In this document: positions 27,972 through 37,547 of the stretch, in pieces
Layout: every line of letters starts with the position of its first letter
How positions within the stretch are numbered: the first letter of the stretch is position 1
Source of the DNA: Pseudomonadota bacterium
Lineage (GTDB): Bacteria > Pseudomonadota > Gammaproteobacteria > Pseudomonadales > Pseudohongiellaceae
NCBI GenBank assembly: GCA_027621405.1
Contig: JAQCBT010000013.1
Coordinates: 20,907 to 84,906, forward strand
DNA: 64,000 bases
Direction of reading: 5' to 3'
Notes under the pieces: model-generated
Seen by the model: only the letters and a program-made list of their open reading frames with translations
What the model was told of the DNA's origin: nothing
The model's database searches: none
Translations under genes and position numbers: made by a program

Positions 27972-28229
27972 GTGAATAAGGGTGCGGGCCAGACACACCG
28001 CGGATCATTGGAAGCACAGGGGAACCGGGCGCTGCGCAACTCATCCTCCGCGCTGCGCGCTCAGGGGTGAGGCAAGCGTTTTTGAAAGCGTAAGCTTTCT
28101 GCGCCGCCGAACGACCCCAATCTATGATTGGGGGCTGGGCACGTAACAGTGCTCGCGCTATTTCCGGTTCGCCTGAGCTTCCAAAGCATGATCTGGCTCG
28201 CGGTGTGTCTGGCCCGCACCCTTATTCAC
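27972..28229. mobile_element. 258-bp MITE-like element with perfect 31-bp terminal inverted repeats
   Basis: GTGAATAAGGGTGCGGGCCAGACACACCGCG (27972-28002) is the exact reverse complement of 28199-28229. The interior is also imperfectly palindromic (GGAAGC.CAGG.GAACCGG on both sides). No ORF. Confidence 0.55.
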
Positions 28230-28345
28230 TCTATCCAGCAAGACTGGAAGCTGTTGCGAGGTGAGATTCGCAGAATGAAGCGCGATTCGTAACAAGCAAG
28301 TTCCGGCATCGAGCGAAAGTGCCTGGATGCACTTTCACTCGAGAA

Positions 28346-30733
28346 CTAGGAGCCGAATCGATAGCGCAGCTTGATCGCGACCTGGTCCACTACCCTGTCG
28401 TTCCAGGATTGTTCGAGGAGGTCCTGGAAGGTGAAGAAGCTATTGCTGGGAAGATTGGCGCCGCGGGTGTAGACCACGAAGAGGTCGGACAGCGGGGCGA
28501 TTTCCCAGCGGTAGCGGGCCTGGAAGGTCATGCGGCTGATGACGAAGTCGTCCGGTGTGGTGTCGGGATTGGCGACGGCGATGAGGCGTTCGCGGGAGCC
28601 GGGGTTTACTTGGTAGAACATGTCTTCGTAGGCCTTGAGGCCGGTCCACTGCATGGAGAAGCTCAGTCGCTGGCGGGCGGTGAGGAAGTAGTTCACGTCG
28701 AAACGGGGTGACCACTGATGGGATTCGAATGCCGTGTATCTGCCACCGCCACGATGCACAAGCAAGGCTTCCCTGTCCGTGTAACTAAGCTGCAGGTCCG
28801 CGGAGAAGCGGTCGGTAGGACGCCAGGTGATACCGCCATTGCCCTGGATACTGGTAGGACCTAGCTCGTCCTGCCCCAGGTCGAAACTGACATTCCAGGC
28901 GAATGCTTCTGCAACATTGGTCTGGTAGCCCCCGGTCACACTGAATCTGTCGGGGATTACAAAGTCGCCGGTGCCTCGTCCGAGGCGGTCGTCGATACGG
29001 CGAGGGAAGTAGCGCAGACTCCAGTTTACGTTGTTGAAGTTTTCGAACTGGTATTCCCGGTTAAAGAACGCGCCCATGCGCACCGGCTGGCCTGCTGTGT
29101 TCCACTGGTTCGTGATGAACACACTGGTGGTGCGCTGGCGCAGTCCTTCGAGATTGGATTCAATCTGGAAAAAGTTGTAATCGAGATTAGCCTGGTCATT
29201 ACGGGTCAGGAATCCCATTTCATTCATGTCGAAGGTGTCGTCGAAATAGGTGGCACGCAGGGTGTGGTTTATACCGCGTTGTGGACGAAAGCTGACATCG
29301 CCAGTAAAACCCTGCCCCGTTTCGCCGTGATTGTCGCTATGCAGGAACTGGGTATCGACAACCCAACGATTATCGGCGGAGAAGAAATGTGCATCCAGTG
29401 CGTTCACTACCGACTCTTCATTCGGATGATCGAGCATGGTGCCCATCCAGCCAAACTGGCGCCGGCCACCACTGCTGGTGTCTTCATACAAGGCTCTGCC
29501 AACCATGAAATTGCGGCCAGTTGCCTGAATGCCGACGATGGTGCCATCTTCCAGTCTGCCCTCGATTTCTGGATCATCCTCGGCAGCGAGAAGTACGCCG
29601 TAGCGAACATTACCGAGTTGTCCGGTGAACTTGCCCGCACCGAACAGGTCGGTTGGCAGGCTCAGGTCTGTAGGAGTTACTTCCACACCAGCCGGCACAT
29701 CGAAACTGGCGGCTCCACCTATTCGGCGCGTGTTGAGAATCTGTATGGGACCACCGGGCCCACCGCCGCCCCGGGTTCTTGGCGAGGTGTTATTGAAGAT
29801 GTCCTGCCCTTCGAGGAAGAACACGCGACGTTCAGGAAAAAATTGTTCGAAGGCAGTGAGGTTAACGATAACGTCGTCGGCTTCCACGGTACCGAAGTCC
29901 GGGTTAATGGTGGCGGACAGCAGGGTGTTGGTCGTGGGACGCCAGTAGATGTCTGTACCGACACGGGGATCGTTGTCATGTTTGATGCCGTCGAATACGG
30001 TTGAGACGAACGGGAAGTAGGTAAGCTGCCGTCTCGGTTCTATGTCAGTTAGCTCGAATTGCATATAGGCGGAGAGGAATTCATTAACGGTACGGGGCAG
30101 GGGTGGTACTGACCAGGCTTCGCCGCCAATAGATCCAACCTGCCTCTCGAAATAAAATCCGATCTGCCGTGTACCATCTACCTGCGGCAAGGGCATCATG
30201 GACCAGGGTACGTAGTACTCCACGCTCCAGCCATCGTCCAGTGCCTGGGTTCGTCCATTCCAGGAGCCGTCCCACTGCATGTTCATCTGCCGTTCCGGCA
30301 ACAGGGAGGCGTCGGTCATGGAGTCGCCAAGGTTGATGCGCAGGAAGAAGCCATAGAGACCCTGTCCCGAGGCATCGATCCCTACCACGAAGCCGTCCCT
30401 GTCCAACTGCGTGTCGCGTGCTGTCATGCGCGCCACCAGGGTGTCGGCGGGCTGGTGATTCTTGACCCCGATGTAGATGCCCTGCTCCGTGTAGAACACG
30501 CGTATGTCGGTGTCATAAGGAGTCTCTGCCAGGGTGTCGGGATTGATTACCCGCATGCCATCGAAGGAAGGAATCTGTTGCCATACGGCCTCGTCGAGGA
30601 AGCCGTCCAGCTGGATGGCAGCTACGTCCTCGTCGACCCGAGTGAGTTGGGGCAGTTGAGCCTGCACGGCAAGGGGGATAGCGAACGCCAATGACAGGCA
30701 TAACACTAGGCAGCGACGCAATGATTGAGCCAT
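28346..30733 (-). CDS. CBM9-like / DUF5916 domain outer-membrane-type protein
   Basis: Signal peptide. The N-terminal IQLDGFLDEAVWQQIP...RVFYTEQGIYIGV...RDGFVVGIDASG...DGWSVEYYVPW pattern is CBM9/DOMON-like. A long beta-rich C-terminal part ends in KLRYRFGS. Confidence 0.7.
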   Translation of the reverse strand: MAQSLRRCLVLCLSLAFAIPLAVQAQLPQLTRVDEDVAAIQLDGFLDEAVWQQIPSFDGMRVINPDTLAETPYDTDIRVFYTEQGIYIGVKNHQPADTLVARMTARDTQLDRDGFVVGIDASGQGLYGFFLRINLGDSMTDASLLPERQMNMQWDGSWNGRTQALDDGWSVEYYVPWSMMPLPQVDGTRQIGFYFERQVGSIGGEAWSVPPLPRTVNEFLSAYMQFELTDIEPRRQLTYFPFVSTVFDGIKHDNDPRVGTDIYWRPTTNTLLSATINPDFGTVEADDVIVNLTAFEQFFPERRVFFLEGQDIFNNTSPRTRGGGGPGGPIQILNTRRIGGAASFDVPAGVEVTPTDLSLPTDLFGAGKFTGQLGNVRYGVLLAAEDDPEIEGRLEDGTIVGIQATGRNFMVGRALYEDTSSGGRRQFGWMGTMLDHPNEESVVNALDAHFFSADNRWVVDTQFLHSDNHGETGQGFTGDVSFRPQRGINHTLRATYFDDTFDMNEMGFLTRNDQANLDYNFFQIESNLEGLRQRTTSVFITNQWNTAGQPVRMGAFFNREYQFENFNNVNWSLRYFPRRIDDRLGRGTGDFVIPDRFSVTGGYQTNVAEAFAWNVSFDLGQDELGPTSIQGNGGITWRPTDRFSADLQLSYTDREALLVHRGGGRYTAFESHQWSPRFDVNYFLTARQRLSFSMQWTGLKAYEDMFYQVNPGSRERLIAVANPDTTPDDFVISRMTFQARYRWEIAPLSDLFVVYTRGANLPSNSFFTFQDLLEQSWNDRVVDQVAIKLRYRFGS

Positions 30734-31028
30734 GGTTTCTCTCAGCAGGACTTCTGTTTTTTTTCCGGTTGGCCGGCAAATACTGGTATTTACGCCACTC
30801 CCGTTGTTCTTGAACCGTACTATATAGGAACTTTTCCTGCCTCAATCCAGTTCGGCACAATTAATTGCAAATAGGAAACAGCCTCATTGGCCCTGTTTTC
30901 TGCCGGGAAGTGGCTCTGCCACATTTCGTCAGATTTGTTCGTCACTTTGCCTTATTTGAGCCAGGCGACTGTCATCTGGGTTCGCTTTAATTGCGGTCAT
31001 GGATTCACCGCAATGAGGTCTTCGGCAC

Positions 31029-31172
31029 ATGAGCCGTAAACAACAACACTGCCTATTCGTAGAGGATGAGATTTATAACTGGGCAAATGGCCGATCGGCA
31101 TCTCGCAGGCGCCTGATCATTCTGTCGCTGGTGTTCCTGACGGCAGGCTTGCTGTTCGGGGTGTTGCGCTAG
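31029..31172 (+). CDS. possible 47-aa tail-anchored peptide
   Basis: GAGGT lies 9 nt upstream. The peptide is MSRKQQHCLFVEDEIYNWANGRSASRRRLIILSLVFLTAGLLFGVLR. There is no other support. Confidence 0.2.
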   Translation: MSRKQQHCLFVEDEIYNWANGRSASRRRLIILSLVFLTAGLLFGVLR

Positions 31173-31178
31173 CGTGCT

Positions 31179-34100
31179 CTAGCGCGCCTGCAGTATCACG
31201 TTAATAATTAGTTGCTGGTCTCCCCGCTGTATACTCAAGACCACCTCATCACCGGGTGCCGAGCCCCGGATCAGGTTGGAATAGGTCTGCAGGCTGTCGA
31301 TCGCTTCCCCACCGTAGCTTAACAGCACGTCGTTGGCCTGCAGGCCTGCAGCTTCCGCCGCCCCGCCAGGGGTCACAGCAGAGATACGAATTCCTGCACC
31401 GGCGTAGGCGAAGTCCGGAACGGTTCCAAGACTGGCTTCCCGCTCGCTGGTGTTGTTGCTCACTTCCACAGTGTTAGCGTTGGCGAGGTTTACCCGCAGT
31501 GGTTCACTGTTATCGGCGAGATAGACGATGGCTTCTTCCAGCCAAAGGGCGACGTTGGACATACCGGGATAGTCTAGCTTGTCTGCAGAGTCGGTGACCT
31601 GGTGGTAATCCAGGTGAGTCCCGCTGAACAGATGTATCGCCGGTATACCCGCGTTGAGGAAACTGACATGGTCGCTGCTGGCAATGGTCTGCGCCGGGAA
31701 TTCTGATGGCACGCCGATGGTGAAGCCTATACCCTGGGCCATAAAGGGCCACTCGTAGGCACTCTCTGTGCCGAACACCTGCAGGGGCTTGCCTTCCAGG
31801 CGTCCTACCGCATCCAGATTGACCATGGCGTAGATGTCTTCCATAGCGTAAGCGCCAGGTGGATTATTTACGAAATGATCTGAACCCAACAGGCCTGACT
31901 CCTCTCCTGTAAATGCGACAAACAGAATCGGTCGTTGTGGTGTGAAACCGCGAGCCAGGCTTGCGGCAACTTCCAGCATCACGCTGATGCCGGAGGCATT
32001 GTCGTCGGCACCGGCGTAGACCCTACCTGTTGCCTCATCGACACCAAGATGATCGTAGTGAGCACCGATCACCACAGGTCTGGCGCTAAGACTCCTGTTC
32101 ACCCCGGGTATCATGCCGACCACATTGGACAGTCCTACACTTCCGAGGCCTGCATAGACCCGTTCGAAACGCTGGATGAAGGTTCCATCGACTGGCTCCA
32201 GACCTGCGCGGCGGAACTGATCGGCGATGTACAACGCCGCCTCATCAATGCCGCGAGTACGAATCCCCCTGCCCTGCATGCTGTTGCTGGTAAGTGTGGT
32301 CACGTGGCGCTGCAGTGTCTCCGGCAGATACTTCGGCGGTAGCTCAGCAATGGCAGGCATGGGCGGCAAGTTGTCCCAGGCCACAGTGCCGATGAAGCCA
32401 GGCCTTACCCAGCGCATTGGTGAACTGGGGCTGGTCCAGATGCCGCGTACGTCGATGGTGGGTTCTGCACCGGTAAAGCTGAGGTAGGAATACTTGCCGT
32501 AATGCGGGAGCTTCTCGATCATGCCGGGCAGCGCCACCATGTCATCAATATGAATCCAGCCGATGGCCAGCTCCGGGTTCGCCGGATGGCGACCGACTAC
32601 CACGGTGCTTCTGTCGGTGTATTCGAAATTGTTGTTCTCGATTTGCAGCGAGTCTGGCTGCACGCTCACACCGTAATCGGCGACCGAAGCGAATACCTGT
32701 TGTGCCAGGGGGTTGTTGCGACCCAGGATCCACAGCGAACGATCTGTGGGTAATTCGGCAATGCTGTCGGCAAAGATGAGTTCAAACTCGACTCCGGCAC
32801 CGAAGCTCTCCGCCAGGCTGGTCCACTGCTCCCGATCGGTCGAAGGGAGCACAAAGCTGATTTGCCTGGCGCCGAACAGTTCGCCTACCGTGGGCGGAGT
32901 CTCTTCCCGGTCCAGGGTGCGGAACACATCGAAATACGGGTCTACCAGCACGGCATTGAGCCGGGAGTAGTCGTCAGCGAAGAAACCTTCGAGTTTCTGC
33001 GAGAGATCGATGTCATATAGTTCGGGGGTATCGGCCCCCTCATAATAGAGGGCAACTGGCACCTTCAGCAGATAGGGATCGCCGAACTGGGTCTGGGCAA
33101 ACATGATGCGGGCCCGGTCGCCAGTCTCTTCGCTGACGGTGAGAGACAGCTCGGGGGCGCCGATCCATTGCACCCATTGATAGAAGAACTGGGACAGATC
33201 CTGGCCGCTGACCTCGGTAAACAGGCGTTCGATGTCGGAGAAGGAAGCGCGTTGGAACTCGTAGTCTGCATAGAAGCGTCGCAGGCCCTCGATGAATAGT
33301 TCATCCCCTACCTGCAGGCGCAGCATGTGCCAGAGCATGAGGGTCTTACCATAGCCAACGGCCTGGCTTGCCGCGGAGTTTCTCGAGGTGAAGCGGGCCA
33401 GTGGGAAGTCATCGCCGTCTGACACGTAGTTCTTGTAACGAGCCAGCATCTCCTTGCGGTACTCGTGCCCCAGTCCATCCATTTCCCGGAACAGATGGTC
33501 GGCCAGGTAGGCGGTGAGGCCCTCACTCCAGTTGCCACTCGCATAATCGGGATAGACGCCATTGCCCCACCAGTTATGCAGGATCTCATGGGGATAGGAC
33601 GACTCGAGAATAAAGGGGAAGCGAATGACCTGCTCTCCCAGCAGGGTGAACGAAGGCATGCCGTAACCGGTCTCCCAGAAGTTTTCTACCAGGGCAAACT
33701 TGGAATAGGGATAGTCACCCAACAGGGGTTCGTACAGTTTCAGGTAACGCACAGTAGCGTCGAGGTAGCGGGTAGCGAGGTTGGAATCCGGTGTACGCAG
33801 ATAGGCGAGGATCTGGGTGTCATCCGATTCCTGCTGGTAGATCGTGAAGTCGGCAGCGACGAGATAGATCTCTTCTGTGGGGTGCGGCATTTCCCAGCGA
33901 TCCGGCAGTCCCGATTGCACGCCTGTCTGGCCGAAGCGACCCTCACCCTGGGAAACAGATGACCAGCTGCGGGCCGACTCGGTGAAACTCACCTGCATAG
34001 TGAAGGTCAGCAGGCCATCATCGAAGAGCGGTACCCATACCGAGGCGCGGCTGAGGAATACCCCCAGTTCAGAAATTATTCCCGAGGTCTGGGCAAAGCT

Positions 34101-34541
34101 CTGGGCATATTCGGGGCTGTCCTGTTCGGCGAGATCGTTGATCGTGCCCCGATACTCGATGGTGAAGGGCCTGTTGCCACGGGAGGGAATGCTGACCAGG
34201 TACTCGGTGGTCTGTGCTTCTTCAGCTACCGTGGAAGCCACCACCGCGCCGGTCTGGTTGGTGGTCACTGGCCTGACAGCAAATGAGCTACTGGTGATGG
34301 TGAGATTACTGTTGAGACGGAAGCTCAGCTCCTGTCCGCGATAACTATCCGGTACGGTCAATCGGTCGCTGACTACTATGCCGCTGTTGACCGGGTCCAG
34401 TTCGACTGTCAGCTCGTGATGCAACGGCGCTTCGGTGACTTGCACTGTCTGCGCAACACTCCCGAGGTCCTGCCCCGGTGGCTGGCCCAGCGCGACGGTG
34501 CTGAGCAGGCTGAGGAAGAATGTCCTTATCAGTGAGCGCAT
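31179..34541 (-). CDS. exported fusion metallopeptidase: M1 (gluzincin) domain + M28 domain + C-terminal PDZ
   Basis: Signal peptide MRSLIRTFFLSLLSTVALG. M1 motif HEILHNWWGN...NWSEGLTAY (HExxH...E). M28 motifs VIGAHYDHLG, GADDNASG and FTGEESGLLGS. PDZ motif GIRISAVTPGGAAEAAGLQANDVLL. Confidence 0.85.
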   Translation of the reverse strand: MRSLIRTFFLSLLSTVALGQPPGQDLGSVAQTVQVTEAPLHHELTVELDPVNSGIVVSDRLTVPDSYRGQELSFRLNSNLTITSSSFAVRPVTTNQTGAVVASTVAEEAQTTEYLVSIPSRGNRPFTIEYRGTINDLAEQDSPEYAQSFAQTSGIISELGVFLSRASVWVPLFDDGLLTFTMQVSFTESARSWSSVSQGEGRFGQTGVQSGLPDRWEMPHPTEEIYLVAADFTIYQQESDDTQILAYLRTPDSNLATRYLDATVRYLKLYEPLLGDYPYSKFALVENFWETGYGMPSFTLLGEQVIRFPFILESSYPHEILHNWWGNGVYPDYASGNWSEGLTAYLADHLFREMDGLGHEYRKEMLARYKNYVSDGDDFPLARFTSRNSAASQAVGYGKTLMLWHMLRLQVGDELFIEGLRRFYADYEFQRASFSDIERLFTEVSGQDLSQFFYQWVQWIGAPELSLTVSEETGDRARIMFAQTQFGDPYLLKVPVALYYEGADTPELYDIDLSQKLEGFFADDYSRLNAVLVDPYFDVFRTLDREETPPTVGELFGARQISFVLPSTDREQWTSLAESFGAGVEFELIFADSIAELPTDRSLWILGRNNPLAQQVFASVADYGVSVQPDSLQIENNNFEYTDRSTVVVGRHPANPELAIGWIHIDDMVALPGMIEKLPHYGKYSYLSFTGAEPTIDVRGIWTSPSSPMRWVRPGFIGTVAWDNLPPMPAIAELPPKYLPETLQRHVTTLTSNSMQGRGIRTRGIDEAALYIADQFRRAGLEPVDGTFIQRFERVYAGLGSVGLSNVVGMIPGVNRSLSARPVVIGAHYDHLGVDEATGRVYAGADDNASGISVMLEVAASLARGFTPQRPILFVAFTGEESGLLGSDHFVNNPPGAYAMEDIYAMVNLDAVGRLEGKPLQVFGTESAYEWPFMAQGIGFTIGVPSEFPAQTIASSDHVSFLNAGIPAIHLFSGTHLDYHQVTDSADKLDYPGMSNVALWLEEAIVYLADNSEPLRVNLANANTVEVSNNTSEREASLGTVPDFAYAGAGIRISAVTPGGAAEAAGLQANDVLLSYGGEAIDSLQTYSNLIRGSAPGDEVVLSIQRGDQQLIINVILQAR

Positions 34542-34561
34542 CGTCTTGCCGTTGCCAGAGC

Positions 34562-35755
34562 CTAATCCAGTCCGAGCAGTTGTACTGCCCGCTCGTGATT
34601 CCAGTCGGCGATGTGAATCTGGGAGGCACCGCCTGGGGTGCGGGTAGTACTCCAGGCCAGCTTGCTGCCATCGGGTGAAAACACCGGCAGGATGTCCGTG
34701 CCCTCGGTATTGGTTACCCGGATCGGATCATTGCGGCCTTCTACATCCACCATGAACAGTTCGAAGTTGGCATGGCCCAACACGTTGGTGGAGTAGATGA
34801 TGTATTCGCCATCGGGGTGGAAGTACGGACCCCAGTTCACCATGGCATTGGCAGTGAGCTGGCGGGCATTGCTGCCATCGACGTCCATGGTCCAGATCTC
34901 GGCGCTGTTGCCGTCCGGATTGAAGCGGCGCCACACTATCTTGTCTCCTTCCCGGTTAAAGAAGGGCCCGCCGTCGTAGCCGGGACTGAAGGTGAGTTGC
35001 TCCACGTTGGAACCATCGGCATCCATGATGTACAGGTCCATGAAATAGGAGGCGTCATCTTCCAGCAGTGCCTGCTCCACCTGGCTCAGGCTTCGGTTAT
35101 AGGCTTCACGGTTGGATGCAAACAGGATGCGGCTGCCATCGGGAGAATAGGAGCCCTCAGCGTCGTAGCCCATGGTGTTGGTGAGGTTCACCAGGTTGCC
35201 ACCGTCGCTATCCGCCACGTAGATGTCGTAGTAGGGATCGTAGTCCCAGCCATAGGGGCGATCTTTTCCGCTGGCACGGATGGCGATCTCCTCTTCCTGC
35301 TTGGCTATGGCATTGGGGTCCTCGTGGGTAGAGGCATACATGATCCTGTCCAGGGTCGGATGTACCCACGCGCAGGTAGTCAGGCCAATACCCGTGGACA
35401 CCATGTGGGCCTCTTCCGTGGCCAGGTCCATCAGGTAGATCTGGTAGAAGGGATTGCCGGGCATCTCGGCCTGGTAGATTAACTGTGCTCCATCGGCGCT
35501 GAAGTAGCCCTCGCCGGAGCGTGCACCCTCGGTGATCAGTTGCCGGGTGTTCAGCAGCAGTTCCGCCTCATATTGGGTATCGAACCCGGGACTCACTTCC
35601 GGCTCGGCATAAGCAGTGGCGCCGGCCACACCATCGGGCTCGGCCGGGGGTTGGGCCAGGCTCAGCGGCAGCTGAACCGCTGCGGTACCGAGCGCCATGG
35701 CTAAAACCAGCCTGCGCAGGGCGATTACCGTGTTGCCGGATTGGGGATTATTCAT
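34562..35755 (-). CDS. PD40/TolB-like beta-propeller protein, exported
   Basis: The track ORF runs to 35785. ATG 35755 (AAGGA upstream) gives a signal-like N-terminus ending LSLAQP. Repeated SPDG..I.F.S.R, DIY..D.DG.N...LT units. It ends 20 nt upstream of the peptidase gene. Confidence 0.75.
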   Translation of the reverse strand: MNNPQSGNTVIALRRLVLAMALGTAAVQLPLSLAQPPAEPDGVAGATAYAEPEVSPGFDTQYEAELLLNTRQLITEGARSGEGYFSADGAQLIYQAEMPGNPFYQIYLMDLATEEAHMVSTGIGLTTCAWVHPTLDRIMYASTHEDPNAIAKQEEEIAIRASGKDRPYGWDYDPYYDIYVADSDGGNLVNLTNTMGYDAEGSYSPDGSRILFASNREAYNRSLSQVEQALLEDDASYFMDLYIMDADGSNVEQLTFSPGYDGGPFFNREGDKIVWRRFNPDGNSAEIWTMDVDGSNARQLTANAMVNWGPYFHPDGEYIIYSTNVLGHANFELFMVDVEGRNDPIRVTNTEGTDILPVFSPDGSKLAWSTTRTPGGASQIHIADWNHERAVQLLGLD

Positions 35756-35876
35756 AATCACTATTCCTTGGGTTAAACCTGCCACCGACTGTGATCGCTC
35801 GAGAGCTGATTTTGCTCAGGCAACTATTTTAGCCATGCAGAGTGTAATGCACAGACCGGGCCAGCAATTCTCAGCT

Positions 35877-35895
35877 GCTAATGATAATCATTCTT
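35877..35895. promoter_or_regulatory. Fur box (16/19 match to GATAATGATAATCATTATC)
   Basis: GCTAATGATAATCATTCTT. The central 13 nt AATGATAATCATT are identical to the consensus. It lies ~120 nt upstream of the PD40 gene ATG. Confidence 0.5.
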
Positions 35896-35914
35896 AACGA
35901 GGATTTCCCGGGTT

Positions 35915-36910
35915 TTAGAACCGGAAGTTATCCTGTTGTGGAAACACACCGAAGAGACCACCCGTATGAATGAACAGGACGTCCCTCGCGCCAGGCAGAC
36001 TGCCGTGGTCACCTTTCTTTAATTCCTGCACCATGCCGTAAAATGCCTTGCCCGTATATACCGGGTCGAGAAACAGTCCCTCTGCCGTGGCCAGATCCCT
36101 GATCAGTTCGAACACGGGCTGCTCAGCCACACCATACCCGGGTCCGACATAGCCTTCCACGGTTTCAATCTCCAGGGCCGAGTCATCGAAGTCGATTTCG
36201 TAACGCTGTTTCCAGAGTGTCACGTCTTCCCGTATTTTGTTCTCGAACCAGGCCGCATCGTCACAGACATTGAACGCGCGAATCCGGGTCTGCAGATCAA
36301 ACAGCTGGTTCCCCACCACGAGTCCAGCCTGGGTACCACCGGAACCGGTGGCGGTGACGATGTAATCAGGCGACATATCCAGGTTGCGGAAATCCCGCTT
36401 CAGCTCCTCGCTGGCGGCCACGTAACCCCACAGGCCGACCTCGTCACTGGCGCCGGTGGGAATAAAGAGTGCCTTGGCCCCTTCCCCCGCATAGCGCTGC
36501 ACAAGGTCATGGGCGAACTGGATGTGGGTCTTCCACTCAGCCTGCGGAATATAGTCGATGGTGGCCCCACTGAGGTAGTCCAGCAGGAGGTTGCCGTCCG
36601 GGTGCTGTGGCTTCTCGCCACGAAGTATCAGGTGTACCTTGTAGCCGAGGCGAGCCCCCAAGATTGCAGTGGCACGGCAATGGTTGGACTGAATACCGCC
36701 GCAGGTAATGACGACGTTGCAGCCCTGCTCTCGGGCCTCGGCAAAACAGAATTCAAGTTTGCGAATCTTGTTGCCACAGACTTCGGTTCCGGTCAGTTCA
36801 TCCCGCTTTACCCAGATACGGGCATCTACACCAGGCACCACAAAGCGCTCGAGGCGAGTGATCGGGGTTGGCAGATTGGCCAGTGACAGGCGGCTTGGAT
36901 ACTGGATCAT
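35915..36910 (-). CDS. PLP-dependent D-cysteine desulfhydrase / ACC deaminase family protein
   Basis: GNKIRKLEF (PLP-lysine motif), GGIQSNH, ...LDPVYTGKA..., IHTGG. Collinear with my recollection of E. coli DcyD. Confidence 0.85.
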   Translation of the reverse strand: MIQYPSRLSLANLPTPITRLERFVVPGVDARIWVKRDELTGTEVCGNKIRKLEFCFAEAREQGCNVVITCGGIQSNHCRATAILGARLGYKVHLILRGEKPQHPDGNLLLDYLSGATIDYIPQAEWKTHIQFAHDLVQRYAGEGAKALFIPTGASDEVGLWGYVAASEELKRDFRNLDMSPDYIVTATGSGGTQAGLVVGNQLFDLQTRIRAFNVCDDAAWFENKIREDVTLWKQRYEIDFDDSALEIETVEGYVGPGYGVAEQPVFELIRDLATAEGLFLDPVYTGKAFYGMVQELKKGDHGSLPGARDVLFIHTGGLFGVFPQQDNFRF

Positions 36911-36918
36911 GAGTTAGT

Positions 36919-37014
36919 GGGGACACTCACAACTTAACAACTTAACAGCAACACTGAATCAAAATGAAATTCGGGAGTACTAAATAGTTAAGTTGTTAAG
37001 TTGTGAGTGTCCCC
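36919..37014. repeat. palindromic element R1 (28-bp perfect arms, GGGGACACT termini)
   Basis: GGGGACACTCACAACTTAACAACTTAAC (36919-36946) is the exact reverse complement of 36987-37014, with a 40-nt loop. No flanking U-tract on either strand. Confidence 0.8.
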
Positions 37015-37019
37015 AGCTC

Positions 37020-37427
37020 CTAGTTGCCCGATTTGGTGGCATCGTAGGACATTGACGTTGCGGGTTCGCCTTCCGCTAGCGGCTCAATCGCCTCGCTGTA
37101 GAGGAACAGATCGGTTAGCACCGCGCGCAGGTGGATAGAAGCATTCAGGTTGTCCACGATCTCGGAACCGATGGCTTCCTGCTGCAGGATGAATTGCAGG
37201 GCAGCGCCCGCCTTGCGGCAGTCATCCACGATCACCAGTTCGAAAGGGTCTTCACTCGTCGCGAGTATCTTGACGATGGCCTGCATGGATTCCGCCATGC
37301 CCTGGAGTGTGGGGCGTGCGTGGGGGCCAGGGCCAGTCTCAGCTTTGGCTGGTCGTCCCTGTGCGGCGTAGGCCAGCAGGAACTCATACCCGGATTCAAT
37401 GGTTTCGATATGCTTTGCTAATTCCAA
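37020..37427 (-). CDS. hypothetical protein (135 aa)
   Basis: TTG start with GGAGAG upstream. That Shine-Dalgarno region overlaps a solo GGGGACACT motif. No family recognised. Confidence 0.45.
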   Translation of the reverse strand: MELAKHIETIESGYEFLLAYAAQGRPAKAETGPGPHARPTLQGMAESMQAIVKILATSEDPFELVIVDDCRKAGAALQFILQQEAIGSEIVDNLNASIHLRAVLTDLFLYSEAIEPLAEGEPATSMSYDATKSGN

Positions 37428-37436
37428 GGGGACACT
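37428..37436 (+). repeat. solo GGGGACACT half-site
   Basis: This is the same 9-mer as the R1 and R2 termini, and the 10-mer GGGGACACTC is shared with R1. No partner arm is present. Confidence 0.4.
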
Positions 37437-37475
37437 CTCCAGAATTCTTTTTTACTTGATTTAAGCGCTTTAGGG

Positions 37476-37514
37476 AAAAAAAAGGTGTCAGGTACGGGTA
37501 CCTGACACCTTTTT
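37476..37514. terminator. strong bidirectional intrinsic terminator (ends the cytochrome b transcript)
   Basis: AAAAAAAAGGTGTCAGGTAC-gg-GTACCTGACACCTTTTT is a perfect palindrome with an A8 tract on one side and a T5 tract on the other. Confidence 0.7.
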
Positions 37515-37547
37515 GGAATTACTGAACGGATCTTTCTGGTTTGCTTC

